A DNA stretch of 64,000 nucleotides from an uncultured delta proteobacterium (GCA_963796685.1 CAWCMR010000001.1:93053-157052); one strand, 5' to 3'; shown: positions 8,509 through 19,278, counted from the stretch's first letter. Made by a program: numbers and translations. The notes: generated from the sequence alone by a model not told the origin.

Positions 8509-11448
8509 CTATTCGACGCTGCCGGGACGAGCGGTCGGATAGGGACGATTCCCCATGATACCCCGCCAGAGGGCTCGGTTGAATCGAGGCGTGTCGAGGG
8601 CGTCCTCGCGGTCGAAGTTCTGTCCGCGCATGACCCGTTCCCAGTAGGCAGCTCCGTGGCGATGGTGCTTGGCCAACATGGCCATCGATAGTGGGTGGGC
8701 CACGGTGTTGCTGGCGGTGGCGGCCGGCACGGGCAACGACGTGGAGCGCAGGATCTCGGGGACCTTGGCCGTATACTTGAAAGTCCTCGGTGATAGCGAC
8801 CTATCGAAGACCTCCGACATGGGTGTGGCCAGCGCATCGTTGAGGCCGAGGGGTTCGAGGCCCAAGACCTCCTCTATCGTCTTCACCATCGAGACCGTGT
8901 TGTACGGCACCGACACGACCGCCCCCTGCTTGACATAGGGTCCGAGCACGAAGGCGATGCTGCGATGGGCGCTCACGTGATCGGGTCCGTCCTGGGCATC
9001 GTCCTCGACGACGAAGATGAGGGTATCGTCGCGATAGCGGCTGCCCGCCACCTTCTCGACCAACTGGCCGACCGCATAGTCGTTGTCGGCCATCTGGAGC
9101 TCGGGCGTGTTCACGCCGTCGATAGCGTCGGAGAAAGTGCCGAAATGATCGTGGGGAAATCGCACCAGCTCGAGCGCAGGTAGATCGCCGTTCGCGGCGA
9201 ACTGGTCGAACTCGCGCTCCCATTCCTTCAAGCGCCAATAGTCCGGGTACTTGTTGTCGAAGCCGCGAAAATAGAGATCCGACGTGGTTTGCAGCGCCGC
9301 CTTGGCGGGATAGAATTGGCGCACGGCTGCAGCGTAGGGGTGACGTTCGAGCGGAATGAAGACGGGGTAGTCGAGCGGGACCGACGAGCGTGTGAGGTCG
9401 CCGAAGCAGCCGTAGTTGCGAATGGTCAGCCCCTTACGCAAGGCCGCATCCCACAAGTACGATTCACCGGCGGCCTCGCTCTCGGCAGGATCGCCCGACG
9501 CTACGTCGGAGGTTCCCGGGAGCAAGTCGGGATCGGCGGGCGTGATGGGGTTGAGCGAAAGACGTTCGGCCAGGGTCGCCACGCCGACGTTGATGTTGCG
9601 GTTGGTTCCCTCCCAGTCGTAGTTGAGGCCGCGGCCGGCGTAATTCGGAGGCTGTGTCTTCTCCACCGAATCGGTGGTTCGTGCCGACACCGTCCAGTTC
9701 CAACCCACACCGCTGGTCTCTCCCGAGTCCTGGAAAGCGTCAAGGGTGACGTACTGGCTGGCCAAACCGTGATGGTTGGGGGTCGTGGCCTCCGGGAACA
9801 GCGTCAGCATTGGATCGCCGTTGCCGCGCGGCAAGTCGCCCAGCACCTGGTCGTAGGTTCGATTCTCCTTGATGATGTAGATGACGTGCCTGATGTGCGA
9901 ACGCAGGAATGCCATCAGGCGGCGCAGTTCGTGGTCCTCGTCGCCAGTCGGGAAGTTGTTGTTGGCAGCGACCTGCTTGGTCAGACGCCCGAGGGTGGCG
10001 CCGCTTGGAATTGGCGCCGTGAGGAAGCCGGCCTTCTCCAATTGCCACACGTACTCGTTCCCGTTCCAGCACGAGGTGTAGTTGGTGTTGCTGGCGACAT
10101 CGACGCACCCAGGACCCGAAAGACCCTTGCCGTTCACCACGAACAACCTCCGGCTGTCGGCGCTCAAAGTCACGGATTCTGGATACCAGCCGGTGGGGAT
10201 CAGCCCCACCACCTGGCTTTGCTCGGAATCGTCCCGATTGCCATCGTCGTTGCGACCATCGGATTTCTGCAGACCCCGATGCCCAAGCTGCACGACCGCG
10301 ACCGCGTTGAGACCACCATTGGTGACGTAGAGCGTGCGGCCATCGGCCGACAGAGCTAGGCTGTTCGGGTTCGCGCCGGTGAGTCCACGTGGATTCGGTA
10401 GCACGGCGCTGGGCGCCGCGACTCGGAATTCGTCGACCACCCGGTCCGATCGGGTGTCCATGACCGAGACCGTGTCGGCCCCCCCGTTGGCGACGTAGAG
10501 GAGGCCTTCATCGCTGGAAAGGAGCATCTTGTTCGGTTGCCCGCCAACAGCAATGCGTCCGCGCACTTTGGCCTTGGCGACGTCCACGACGACCACTTCG
10601 CGGTCGCGTTGGCAGGTCACGTAGGCCTTCTTGCCCTTGACAGTTACCCAGTAGGGATACGAGCCACCCGGGTGCCCCGATTGCGACGCATCGACTTTAC
10701 CCGGACGCAAGTCGATTTCCGTGGTCGCCGATGTGGCAAGATCGATGATGCTGACCGAATCGTTTTCATAGTTCGCCACCACCACGTGCTGGCCATCGTC
10801 GTCCGTCGCCAGGCCGGCCGCAGTGGGAGGTACGGCGAGCCCCAGACCGGCGGAGTGGCCCAGGGCAATGGCCGGCATGACTTCGGCGAACGAGGGACCG
10901 GAACGCCGGAAAGTGTGTACGTTGTCGTCGACGCCACCGCTCACGTAGAACTCGCGACCGTTCGGATTCCACGCCATGCCCACGAAAGTGTTCGGGACTT
11001 GCAAGACTTGGCGCTTGGCGGGCGGCACTTGGGTGACGTCGTAGACGAAGACGTATTCGTTCGACAGCTCGGGAACGAAATTGCCGCTGCCATCCGCTGC
11101 AGTCACACCGTTGTATCCGCTGGTAAGGATGAGCAGCGTCTTCCCGTTCGGGCTTAGCGCCGTGGTGACGGCATGGTCAGCCAGTTGATTCGGCAGCGTA
11201 GGAAGGTCCGGATTTAGCCCCTGAAACACCGAGCCAGGCGTCGCATCGGGAGTAATGCGGACGCCGGTAGGCAAGAGCTGGCCCGCGGAGAGGGAGCGCG
11301 AGTCCGATGTGGACATGTTCTTGGCCGAGGCAATCGGTATCGCCGGCAATGTGTTGGACGCGGGATCGCTGGCCGAGGCCTGATTACAAGCAACCGTCAG
11401 GAGCGAAGTTCCCAATGCAAACAGCGTGGATTCGACATGGGTACGCAT
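8509..11448 (-). CDS. YncE-type beta-propeller plus phosphoesterase lipoprotein
   Basis: Lipobox LLTVAC; YVTN-like propeller repeats; HVIYIIKENRTYDQVLGD, TPNHH and VEDDAQDGPDHV motifs. Confidence 0.9.
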   Translation of the reverse strand: MRTHVESTLFALGTSLLTVACNQASASDPASNTLPAIPIASAKNMSTSDSRSLSAGQLLPTGVRITPDATPGSVFQGLNPDLPTLPNQLADHAVTTALSPNGKTLLILTSGYNGVTAADGSGNFVPELSNEYVFVYDVTQVPPAKRQVLQVPNTFVGMAWNPNGREFYVSGGVDDNVHTFRRSGPSFAEVMPAIALGHSAGLGLAVPPTAAGLATDDDGQHVVVANYENDSVSIIDLATSATTEIDLRPGKVDASQSGHPGGSYPYWVTVKGKKAYVTCQRDREVVVVDVAKAKVRGRIAVGGQPNKMLLSSDEGLLYVANGGADTVSVMDTRSDRVVDEFRVAAPSAVLPNPRGLTGANPNSLALSADGRTLYVTNGGLNAVAVVQLGHRGLQKSDGRNDDGNRDDSEQSQVVGLIPTGWYPESVTLSADSRRLFVVNGKGLSGPGCVDVASNTNYTSCWNGNEYVWQLEKAGFLTAPIPSGATLGRLTKQVAANNNFPTGDEDHELRRLMAFLRSHIRHVIYIIKENRTYDQVLGDLPRGNGDPMLTLFPEATTPNHHGLASQYVTLDAFQDSGETSGVGWNWTVSARTTDSVEKTQPPNYAGRGLNYDWEGTNRNINVGVATLAERLSLNPITPADPDLLPGTSDVASGDPAESEAAGESYLWDAALRKGLTIRNYGCFGDLTRSSVPLDYPVFIPLERHPYAAAVRQFYPAKAALQTTSDLYFRGFDNKYPDYWRLKEWEREFDQFAANGDLPALELVRFPHDHFGTFSDAIDGVNTPELQMADNDYAVGQLVEKVAGSRYRDDTLIFVVEDDAQDGPDHVSAHRSIAFVLGPYVKQGAVVSVPYNTVSMVKTIEEVLGLEPLGLNDALATPMSEVFDRSLSPRTFKYTAKVPEILRSTSLPVPAATASNTVAHPLSMAMLAKHHRHGAAYWERVMRGQNFDREDALDTPRFNRALWRGIMGNRPYPTARPGSVE

Positions 11449-11494
11449 GGCTTTCCTCATTGAAGCTTTCAGGTTCACGTATTCCAAACAACAC

Positions 11495-12307
11495 TCAGAA
11501 GCCGGCCGCGAAGCCACCCAGAACCAGGACGCCCGTGTGCAGTCGGTCGACCTTTTGCCCACTGATTCCCGCTTCGCTCACGAGCGAGAAACCGCCCATC
11601 GAGTAGGCGAGCAGCGGACCTGCATTGAATTCGAAGATTGGATTCGAGTGCTCCGCCCGATGTGGATCGCTGGAGCCAAGAGAAGTCCGGACTCGGCTAT
11701 CAAGCCCGACGTGCAGTCGCGTGCCGAAGTCGCGCAATCCGACCAAGCGAAGCTCGCCCTCTCGGTCATCGCCCTCGCCATCCTGCGCGTAGACGAGATT
11801 CGCAAGCGCCAGCGTGGCCCCAAAACGCCGGCTGAGCAGGGCCGACCACTCCAGCATCCCTTCCTCGTTGGCGAAGCGATCTTGGCGATAGAGGAATCCC
11901 GCGGCCGCATTCACGCCAAAGCGTTTCTGATCGAGCAACATCACGCGAACGCCCCCTTGGGCCCGCAACCGAACTTCTCCAGGTTGGGTGGTGGAGCCGA
12001 AGCCGGCCATGAGGCCCAGCCGCGGCACGACCCAGGCTTCGGCGGTCGCGCTGGCGACGGGATTTTTCGTGGCACCGTCGTATCCAGCCCATCCTGCCCC
12101 CACGGCCGTGGTCGTCGAATCCATTTCGGCGTCGAGTGCGCCGGGCAAGAAATGAGCAGGCCGAGCCTGCATCTCGCTGGTCACGTTCTCTCGTGACAGT
12201 TCAAGCTCCTGTTCCGCCTTCGCCGGTGTTCCCCAAAGAACCAGCGAACCGGCGGCGAAGGAATATAGACAAATACGGCGTGCGAAAAGTCGTGGAATTG
12301 CGCGCAT
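11495..12307 (-). CDS. Hypothetical outer-membrane beta-barrel protein
   Basis: Signal peptide ending AKA; alternating amphipathic strands; terminal Phe. Confidence 0.55.
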   Translation of the reverse strand: MRAIPRLFARRICLYSFAAGSLVLWGTPAKAEQELELSRENVTSEMQARPAHFLPGALDAEMDSTTTAVGAGWAGYDGATKNPVASATAEAWVVPRLGLMAGFGSTTQPGEVRLRAQGGVRVMLLDQKRFGVNAAAGFLYRQDRFANEEGMLEWSALLSRRFGATLALANLVYAQDGEGDDREGELRLVGLRDFGTRLHVGLDSRVRTSLGSSDPHRAEHSNPIFEFNAGPLLAYSMGGFSLVSEAGISGQKVDRLHTGVLVLGGFAAGF

Positions 12308-12385
12308 TGTATCTCCCTTTCCGGGCAAAAGCGCCCCGAGATCTCACTGACCCGCAATGCTATGGATCAGATGCTGGCAGCGACC

Positions 12386-12414
12386 ATGACAACTGACCGA
12401 ACCTTTCGTGACGA
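12386..12414 (-). promoter_or_regulatory. Pho-box-like half sites upstream of the OMP-phosphoesterase pair
   Basis: Minus strand TCGTCAC and TTGTCAT spaced 22 bp (2x11). Confidence 0.35.
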
Positions 12415-12537
12415 CTTCGAGTACACCGCTGACGCGTGCGCTTGGCAGTCAGCGGTGGCGAATCCCAGTCCGTCAATCCTTTCCGGGACGCGGTCCGGCC
12501 ACGCCGGCCTCGGAAAGGCGGCCGTGCGTGGAAACGC

Positions 12538-13455
12538 TTAGCCATAAATATTCGGCACGTACAGTTGTTCGGGCAGGGTTCGACGTTCGTAGTTCGGGTT
12601 GAAGACGCGCTCGGGGAGTGCAATCGGTTCGTGGGGAACCTCGGTATAGGGAATCTGCTTGAGCAGGTGATCGATGCAATTGAGCCGGGCTCGTCGCTTG
12701 TCGTTCCCTTCGACGATGTACCAACGCGCCTCAGGGGTGTGGGTGCGATCGAGCATCTCTTGCTTGGCTTGCGTGTAGGCTTCCCAGCGAACACGCGACT
12801 CGAGATCCATCGGACTGAGCTTCCACTGCTTCATCGGATCGTGAATACGCATGAGAAAGCGCAGCTGCTGTTCTTCGTCCGATATGGAGAACCAGTACTT
12901 CAGAAGTACGATGCCAGAGCGCACGAGCATTCTCTCGAACTCAGGTACGTCCATGAAGAACTGCTCGACCTGATCCGTCGTCGCAAACCCCATCACGCGC
13001 TCGACTCCCACACGATTGTACCAAGAGCGGTCGAACAGGACGATCTCGCCCGCCGCCGGTAGGTGCGCGACGTAACGCTGAAAGTACCATTGCGTCTGTT
13101 CCCGGAGGGAGGGTGCGGGCAACGCAACCACGCGACAGACGCGCGGGTTCAAACGCTGGGTGATGCGTTTGATCGCACCTCCCTTTCCCGCCGCATCCCG
13201 GCCCTCGAACAACACCACGATTTTGGCGCCACAATGCGCGACCCAAGTCTGTAGCTTGATCAGCTCGGACTGCAACCTCAAGAGGTGGCGCAGGTACTCC
13301 TTGCTCGCGAGGGCTTCAGGATGCTTCTTGTGGTAGATCCGGCCGATTTCGGTGTAAAGCGAAGAATCGGAGATCTCGAGCTCATATTCCTCTGCCAGGT
13401 TATCCTCAATCTCGGCCTCAAGCCAGTCCTTGGCCCCGTCTTCGATCGACTCCAT
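12538..13455 (-). CDS. ppk2: Polyphosphate kinase 2
   Basis: FEGRDAAGKGGAIKRITQRLNPR, WYFQRY, FDRSWYNR and WKLSPMD; ATG at 13455 after AAGGGAG. Confidence 0.95.
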   Translation of the reverse strand: MESIEDGAKDWLEAEIEDNLAEEYELEISDSSLYTEIGRIYHKKHPEALASKEYLRHLLRLQSELIKLQTWVAHCGAKIVVLFEGRDAAGKGGAIKRITQRLNPRVCRVVALPAPSLREQTQWYFQRYVAHLPAAGEIVLFDRSWYNRVGVERVMGFATTDQVEQFFMDVPEFERMLVRSGIVLLKYWFSISDEEQQLRFLMRIHDPMKQWKLSPMDLESRVRWEAYTQAKQEMLDRTHTPEARWYIVEGNDKRRARLNCIDHLLKQIPYTEVPHEPIALPERVFNPNYERRTLPEQLYVPNIYG

Positions 13456-13518
13456 GGTCCGCGCTCCCTTCTTCGGTGGTTCGGATAGCGAACGTAGGTG
13501 GGAGATCGGAGCAGTCAA

Positions 13519-13536
13519 GTGACAGGCCGGTGACAG
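13519..13536 (-). promoter_or_regulatory. Pho box upstream of ppk2
   Basis: Minus strand CTGTCAC-CGGC-CTGTCAC: perfect heptamer repeat at 11-bp period matching the PhoB consensus. Confidence 0.75.
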
Positions 13537-13695
13537 ATGCCGTCCTGTCCCGAGAATGGATCGGTACCAATCGCTGTGATATCGAGCGGCTGCCCGCCGC
13601 GCAGAACCAGTGATGAGAAGCCGACGCGTTTGATTTTGGCACACCCATGAGTCTCACCGACGCAGAGCGCAGACGACTAGCCGGAACTCGCAAGC

Positions 13696-15042
13696 CTACC
13701 CACTGACTGGGACTGCTACACGGCCGCCGCGACCGCGAATGCGCGGACCCTTCGGACCAGTAAAGCCTTCGTAGTTCCTTGTGATGAGGTGTGACTCGAT
13801 CTGCTGAACGGTGTCGAGCGCGACGCCAACGACGATCATCAAGCCCGTGCCGCCGAAGCGGAAGGGAACGCCAAGGTTGTCGGAGAGCAGGTTGGGAAGA
13901 ACGCAGATGACCGACACGTAGAGCGCGCCACCTGCGGTGATTCTGCTGAGTCCCTTGTCGATGTAGGAAGCGGTGGCCTTGCCCGAGCGAATGCCAGGGA
14001 TGAAGCCGCCGTACTTGCGCATATTGTCGGCGACGTCGACGGGATTGAACGTCACCGCCGTATAGAAGTAGCAGAAGAAGACGATGAGCGCGATGTAAAG
14101 GACGTTGTAGCGCCAATCGCCTGGATGAAGTGCGTCGGAGATCACCCGCGCGTAGGAGTTGCTCAGGAACGAAGCGATCTGCTGTGGGAACATCAAGATC
14201 GACGAGGCGAAGATGGGGGGGATGACGCCAGCCGTGTTCACCTTGAGCGGCAGGTGCGTCGACTGACCGCCGAACATTTTGCGCCCAACAACGCGCTTTG
14301 CGTATTGCACCGGGATGCGGCGCTGGCCGCGCTCGAAGAAGATGATCGTGGCAATGACGGCCACCACGATAAGCCCCATCAAGGCGAGCGAGAACGCCGT
14401 GATGTTGCCCTCGCGAGCGCGCGTGGCGAGGCGAACGAGAGCGCTTGGGATGTCGGTGACGATGCCGGCGAAGATGATGAGCGAAATGCCATTCCCGACG
14501 CCACGCTCGGTGATCTGCTCGCCCAACCACATGATGAACGCAGTTCCCGTGGTCAGCGAGATCATGGTGAGGAGATAGAAAGTCCATCCCGGATCGGGAA
14601 CCACCTCTCCCAGGTGGCCGTAGGTCGAGTTGTTGGAAATCAACCAACGCGCGATGAAGTACGATTGAATGAGCGACAGAATTACGCAGCCGTAGCGCGT
14701 GTACTGGTTGATCCGCCGCCGCCCAGCCTCGCCTTCCTTTTGAATCTGTTCCAGCTTGGGAATGACCACGGTCAGGAGCTGGATGATGATCGACGAGCTG
14801 ATGTATGGCATGATGCCGAGCGCGAAGATTGACATCTTCTCGAGCGCGCCGCCCGAGAACATGTTGAACAGGCCCAGGAAGGTCCCGCTCGACTGACTGA
14901 CGATCTTGCTCATCACCGCGGCATTGACGCCTGGAGTGGTCACGAACACGCCGATGCGATAGACCGCCAGAAGCGCCAGCGTATAGAGTAACCGCCGGCG
15001 CAATTCCGGGATCTTGGTCATAGTTTGGAAGCCAGAGGCCAT
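13696..15042 (-). CDS. secY: Preprotein translocase subunit SecY (outside the spc operon)
   Basis: [65 protein letters not shown] and [12 protein letters not shown]; full length 448 aa. Confidence 0.97.
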   Translation of the reverse strand: MASGFQTMTKIPELRRRLLYTLALLAVYRIGVFVTTPGVNAAVMSKIVSQSSGTFLGLFNMFSGGALEKMSIFALGIMPYISSSIIIQLLTVVIPKLEQIQKEGEAGRRRINQYTRYGCVILSLIQSYFIARWLISNNSTYGHLGEVVPDPGWTFYLLTMISLTTGTAFIMWLGEQITERGVGNGISLIIFAGIVTDIPSALVRLATRAREGNITAFSLALMGLIVVAVIATIIFFERGQRRIPVQYAKRVVGRKMFGGQSTHLPLKVNTAGVIPPIFASSILMFPQQIASFLSNSYARVISDALHPGDWRYNVLYIALIVFFCYFYTAVTFNPVDVADNMRKYGGFIPGIRSGKATASYIDKGLSRITAGGALYVSVICVLPNLLSDNLGVPFRFGGTGLMIVVGVALDTVQQIESHLITRNYEGFTGPKGPRIRGRGGRVAVPVSG

Positions 15043-15108
15043 CTAGTCCCTCCTGCCCTTGTGTGGCTTTGCAGGCTCCTCAGTTACGCTGGAGCGGATG
15101 CTGCCATT

Positions 15109-15126
15109 GAAACAAAAGCGCGACAA
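15109..15126 (-). promoter_or_regulatory. Pho-box-like repeat upstream of secY
   Basis: Minus strand TTGTCGC-GCTT-TTGTTTC, 11-bp period, ~67 bp before the ATG. Confidence 0.4.
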
Positions 15127-15239
15127 CATGCAGGACCGTGCGCCGCGGCGGGATGCCCAGCGCACGCTTTCTGGCGTGCTGCGAGCGTGGCTAGCCAGTC
15201 GGAAGCTCGGCGCGGGCCGCCCCTTTTCTCGCTCTCTTC

Positions 15240-15524
15240 CTTGAAAGGCATCCCGGCAAGCGCCTCGGCATTGGCGAGCGAAAAGGTTTCGCGGCTGCCC
15301 GGATGTGGAGCTCGGCCCCGGTCGCCCCGTGGAAAGGTCGCCGTGTCCACGCCAAGCCCAACCCACCGCCCAGGCCCGATGCCCCGCGATTCCAGGGCAT
15401 GACGCATGGTCTGCGAAGCAACCAGCGTGCTGTGGTAGCCTCGGTGGCGTGCCTTGTTGCGGTAGTAGGTTTTGATCCCGCCGCAGGTATCGGAGAAGAA
15501 GCTGGTAACGTCGACCAAGCGCAT
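15240..15524 (-). pseudogene. Internally deleted GT4 glycosyltransferase remnant
   Basis: Three disjoint GT4 pieces joined in frame: MRLVDVTSFFSDTCGGIKTY, LGVDTATF and ETFSLANAEALAGMP. Confidence 0.6.
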
Positions 15525-15526
15525 CG

Positions 15527-17941
15527 TCACCCAGGACTTCCCACCCCTCCTTTGAATCGAAGCTGGTCGAGAAGCGAGGTGTACGCCGCAAAGGTTCCTT
15601 CCAGAGCCGATTCCATCGTGTAGCGCCGAGCGAAAGCGTGGGCCGCCCTTCCCATTCGCTGGCGCAGCTCGGGCTGTTCGAGCAGGTGCTGCAAGGCAGC
15701 CGCAAGCTCTTCCGGTCGGTCGGCATCCACGAGAATTCCGGTCTCGCCCGGAATGACGTTTTCGCACGCTGCCCCTCGGTTAGCGACCACGACGGGAATG
15801 CCCGCGGCCTGCGCCTCGACAACGGTATTGCCTAATGTCTCGGTCTCGCTCGGGCACACGAACACGTCTGCAGAAGCGTAGAGCTTCGCCAGCTTTCCGC
15901 CTGTTTGTTCGCCGGTGAAAATGATGCGCGGATCGCCACCGGCCTGACGCCGCAGGTGATGAGCATGCGGCCCGTCACCGACCAGCAGAAGGCGCGCACC
16001 GGGTAGCTTCTCGGCCGTCTGGCGGAATCCGGTGACCAGCGCGTCCAAGCCCTTTTCCCGTGACAAACGACCGACGTAGAGCACCTTCGGCTCGCCATTG
16101 AGACCGAACTCGGCGAAGGCCTCGGGCTCGCGCTTGTCGGGTCGGAAAAGCGAATGGTCGATGCCGCGGGGAATGAGCCGAATCTTGTCCTCGGCAACGC
16201 CCAGCGCCAACAAGCGCTCGACCACGGCGCGTGAGGGTGCGAGCACCTGGTCGAGCTTGCCGTAGAACCACCCCACGAAGCTTGAGGCCATGGTGGCCAT
16301 GAATCGATCGCGCGTAAGGCGTTCCACGTACTCGGGCAGATCGGTGTAGTATTGGCCGATCACGGGAATGCCCGCCATGCGCGCGACCGCAAGACCCACC
16401 AGTCCCATGGGTCCTGGAGTCGAACACTGAACCAAGTCGATGCGTTCGGTAACAAGGTAGTGCATCAGCGACGTCAGGCTGGGAACGCCGAACGCAATGG
16501 ACTCGTAGTCCTTGAGCCTGTGCCATAAGACGCAGGGAATGCGCACAACGCCTTCGTCGTCGGCGACGGTCTGTTCGCCATCGCCCAAGCCGACCAAGCG
16601 CAGGTCGCGACCTTCCAGCTTGGCCTGCGCGATCAATCGGCGCAGCCCCAGCGAAACACCATGCACGTCGTCGAGCGTATCGCAAAGGATGGCAACGCGT
16701 GGCAAGGACGGCTCTGGCAAGGAAGCGTCTAGCTGGCGGCAGAAGCCACGGGCATTTCCCGTGTCACGGCGGAAGATGGCAACGCTCGACAGGTAGGGGA
16801 TTGAAAGGGCAAGAGCCTTGGCCAGATCCGGTAGCGCATCCGTGGCGGCTGCCAGTTGCCCGCCGGCTACGGCTTCCGCCAGGGTCTTGAGCGCATCACG
16901 ATTGGCTCGCACCAGAATGCGGTCGATGATTTGGTGGAGTGCTTCGTGCGTAGAGTCTTCGTGACCCTTCAGGATGGCGTCTTCGAAATCGAATTGTCGG
17001 TCAGCCTCGTCGAGATAGCTCGCGTAGCGGGTGATGGTCTGGCCCAGCGACGACGAGGACCCTTCGCCCAAACCCAACGACAGCTGTCCGGAATGGAGGA
17101 GCACGCCCGCCACCACACCGTAGACGTTGTGACAAAGCAAATCGGGAGTGGCGGTCAAACCGCCGGCGTCGGTGGCGTAGTTCCGGATGGCCTCGCGCAA
17201 GCCAGCAACCGTGGCCGGCCCTCGAAACACGGTATGGGCGCGCGCGATGGAGAGGCCGGCATGGTCGTCCGATCCGCCAAACCAAGCGTAACGTCCATCC
17301 TGGTTCAGAAACGGGACCTGCGGATAAAGGTTCGCCCACCTGGCCAGTCGTTCGACAGACAATCCCGCCACCACGTTGCGCAGCCCCTGTTCGTGCGCTG
17401 CATCGCGAGCGCCGTTACGTAGCTCGAGACCGCGGTACATGAGCAGACAACGTTGGATGTGACTGCGATCGAGGCGCAGGTTCACCGGGGAAAGCAAATG
17501 GCAGGCGAAGAAGGGGATGCCATGCTCGTCGAGGTACTCGACAAGCTCATAGATATTCCGGCGCAACCGTTGGATCTCCACATGCTGGGCCTCGGAGATG
17601 TCGAGCACCAGCGTGTGGACGATGCAACCGTCCTCCGGGAAGGCAGCCGACACTTCTTCGCTGATGAAGGTGTCGTCAGGGTGCGACGCCCGCAGCTCGA
17701 TCACCGCCTCGATCGTGTCGTGGTCGGAGATGGTAACGAGATCCATGCCTCGCTGTTTGCACAGCTCATAGAGTTGGTCCGGCTGGGTGTAGCTCTCGGA
17801 CGCACCCACAGAATCCATGAGCCAATTGTTCGGAGCACGCGAGGCGTAGGAATGGACATGGGTATCCACGCGTACTTCGTTGTCTTTGATGGACTTGTCT
17901 ATAACGTGGTTCACAACGTGGCGTAGAGTACTCCGCGCCAT
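15527..17941 (-). CDS. PHP domain-GT4 glycosyltransferase fusion
   Basis: DTHVHS, ISDHD and GGSDDH (PHP); YVGRLSREKG and ETLGNTVVEAQAAGIPV (GT4). Confidence 0.9.
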   Translation of the reverse strand: MARSTLRHVVNHVIDKSIKDNEVRVDTHVHSYASRAPNNWLMDSVGASESYTQPDQLYELCKQRGMDLVTISDHDTIEAVIELRASHPDDTFISEEVSAAFPEDGCIVHTLVLDISEAQHVEIQRLRRNIYELVEYLDEHGIPFFACHLLSPVNLRLDRSHIQRCLLMYRGLELRNGARDAAHEQGLRNVVAGLSVERLARWANLYPQVPFLNQDGRYAWFGGSDDHAGLSIARAHTVFRGPATVAGLREAIRNYATDAGGLTATPDLLCHNVYGVVAGVLLHSGQLSLGLGEGSSSSLGQTITRYASYLDEADRQFDFEDAILKGHEDSTHEALHQIIDRILVRANRDALKTLAEAVAGGQLAAATDALPDLAKALALSIPYLSSVAIFRRDTGNARGFCRQLDASLPEPSLPRVAILCDTLDDVHGVSLGLRRLIAQAKLEGRDLRLVGLGDGEQTVADDEGVVRIPCVLWHRLKDYESIAFGVPSLTSLMHYLVTERIDLVQCSTPGPMGLVGLAVARMAGIPVIGQYYTDLPEYVERLTRDRFMATMASSFVGWFYGKLDQVLAPSRAVVERLLALGVAEDKIRLIPRGIDHSLFRPDKREPEAFAEFGLNGEPKVLYVGRLSREKGLDALVTGFRQTAEKLPGARLLLVGDGPHAHHLRRQAGGDPRIIFTGEQTGGKLAKLYASADVFVCPSETETLGNTVVEAQAAGIPVVVANRGAACENVIPGETGILVDADRPEELAAALQHLLEQPELRQRMGRAAHAFARRYTMESALEGTFAAYTSLLDQLRFKGGVGSPG

Positions 17942-18061
17942 GTGTAGATTGAGTTTAGAATCTGCAACGATTGCGTGCAGACGGGGTGACGGAATTGAGG
18001 CAGCAGCGAATCCGAAACATTTCTCGTGACAAGATGTTGCACAATTGAAGGAGTCATCACT

Positions 18062-19156
18062 TCACAGACGAGATTCGGTGGCGATTGCACGGCTGTTGCA
18101 GTCGGATGTGGGAAGCTCAAGAACACTCCGGCGCGCGGCTGGTGTCGAGCTGCGTGTGCGCAGCCTCCGCGCAATGACGCCGGAAGCGTAACCCGACAGC
18201 AGACCCATGACGATATCGGGTACCCAATGGTGGCGCAGGTAGACAGTAGCAAGACATTGCGATACCGCGATGGGGGCAAAGATGGTGAAGAACAGCCGGG
18301 GCCTCCTCGGAAATGCCAGGTTGCCGAAACGTCGTGCGTATCCGAACGTGAAGACCGCCAGCGAACAGTGCAGCGAGGGAAATGACGACCGCGCACGTAC
18401 AGGATCCGCCAAATCGAACAGGCGCTGTTGGATCTCGTAGATGCCCAGGAACGAGTGCAACCGTGGTGGTGTGAACGCACTCTGCAGAGGCGCGAAGAAG
18501 CGCGGCGGCCCGGCCGGGAGACACAGGCAGACGAAGAATCCCACTCCGAGTTGGAGGATGAGGGCCGAAGACATCTCTCGGAAGTCTTCTCGACGTCCGT
18601 GCCAAGCCAGGATGCCCGCAAGGGCCAAAGGCGCAACGAGGTAAAGGCTGTAGGTCAACGCCATCCAATCGGTTAGCAGGGGATGAAACAGGTGTCCCAC
18701 CCAGACCGTCGGCTCCACCCCCAACCAGTCCATATCCAATCGGTAAAGGGCGCCTTCGACACTGCTCTTGCGCACGACCGCAGTATAGGTCTCGAGGGAT
18801 TGAAACGCCCAGATGAGGATCATCACAGGTGCCCAGTCGCGAGCAGTTGCGCCGGCACGGGTCCAAAGTAGGCGGCTTGCGTCAGCACGGGTCGTCAGGG
18901 CCGCAGGAAGGTGGCGCAACATCGAGAGCAATACGAGGCCCGCCATGACGCCACAACAGACGATGGCAGGTCCTCGGGCCCATTGAAAGGCACCGCCGCT
19001 AGCCCATACCAGGGTCGCGAGCGCCATGATCACGAAAATGGCCAGCGCCATGTCTGCGTCGAATATTGCCCAGCGAAAGACCGAAGGAGGATCTACCGGT
19101 TCCGAGAAGGTTCCGATCATGTCAAGGTCCCTGTTCTCGCCGTCCGACGGCGCCAT
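18062..19156 (-). CDS. PAP2-superfamily membrane enzyme (Aur1/IPC-synthase-like, PAP2_3)
   Basis: Multiple TM helices; PAGPP, SFPSLH and TVYLRHHW..D motifs. Start uncertain. Confidence 0.8.
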   Translation of the reverse strand: MAPSDGENRDLDMIGTFSEPVDPPSVFRWAIFDADMALAIFVIMALATLVWASGGAFQWARGPAIVCCGVMAGLVLLSMLRHLPAALTTRADASRLLWTRAGATARDWAPVMILIWAFQSLETYTAVVRKSSVEGALYRLDMDWLGVEPTVWVGHLFHPLLTDWMALTYSLYLVAPLALAGILAWHGRREDFREMSSALILQLGVGFFVCLCLPAGPPRFFAPLQSAFTPPRLHSFLGIYEIQQRLFDLADPVRARSSFPSLHCSLAVFTFGYARRFGNLAFPRRPRLFFTIFAPIAVSQCLATVYLRHHWVPDIVMGLLSGYASGVIARRLRTRSSTPAARRSVLELPTSDCNSRAIATESRL

Positions 19157-19278
19157 TGCGAGCCAAGATAGCTTGGAAGCCAAGACGACGCCCCCTGTGT
19201 GTGCGCAATTTGGCACATTCGACACACAATGGTTGCAACAGTGGCAATGACAGGGTTGGAATCTCGCGCCTTCGGCGG

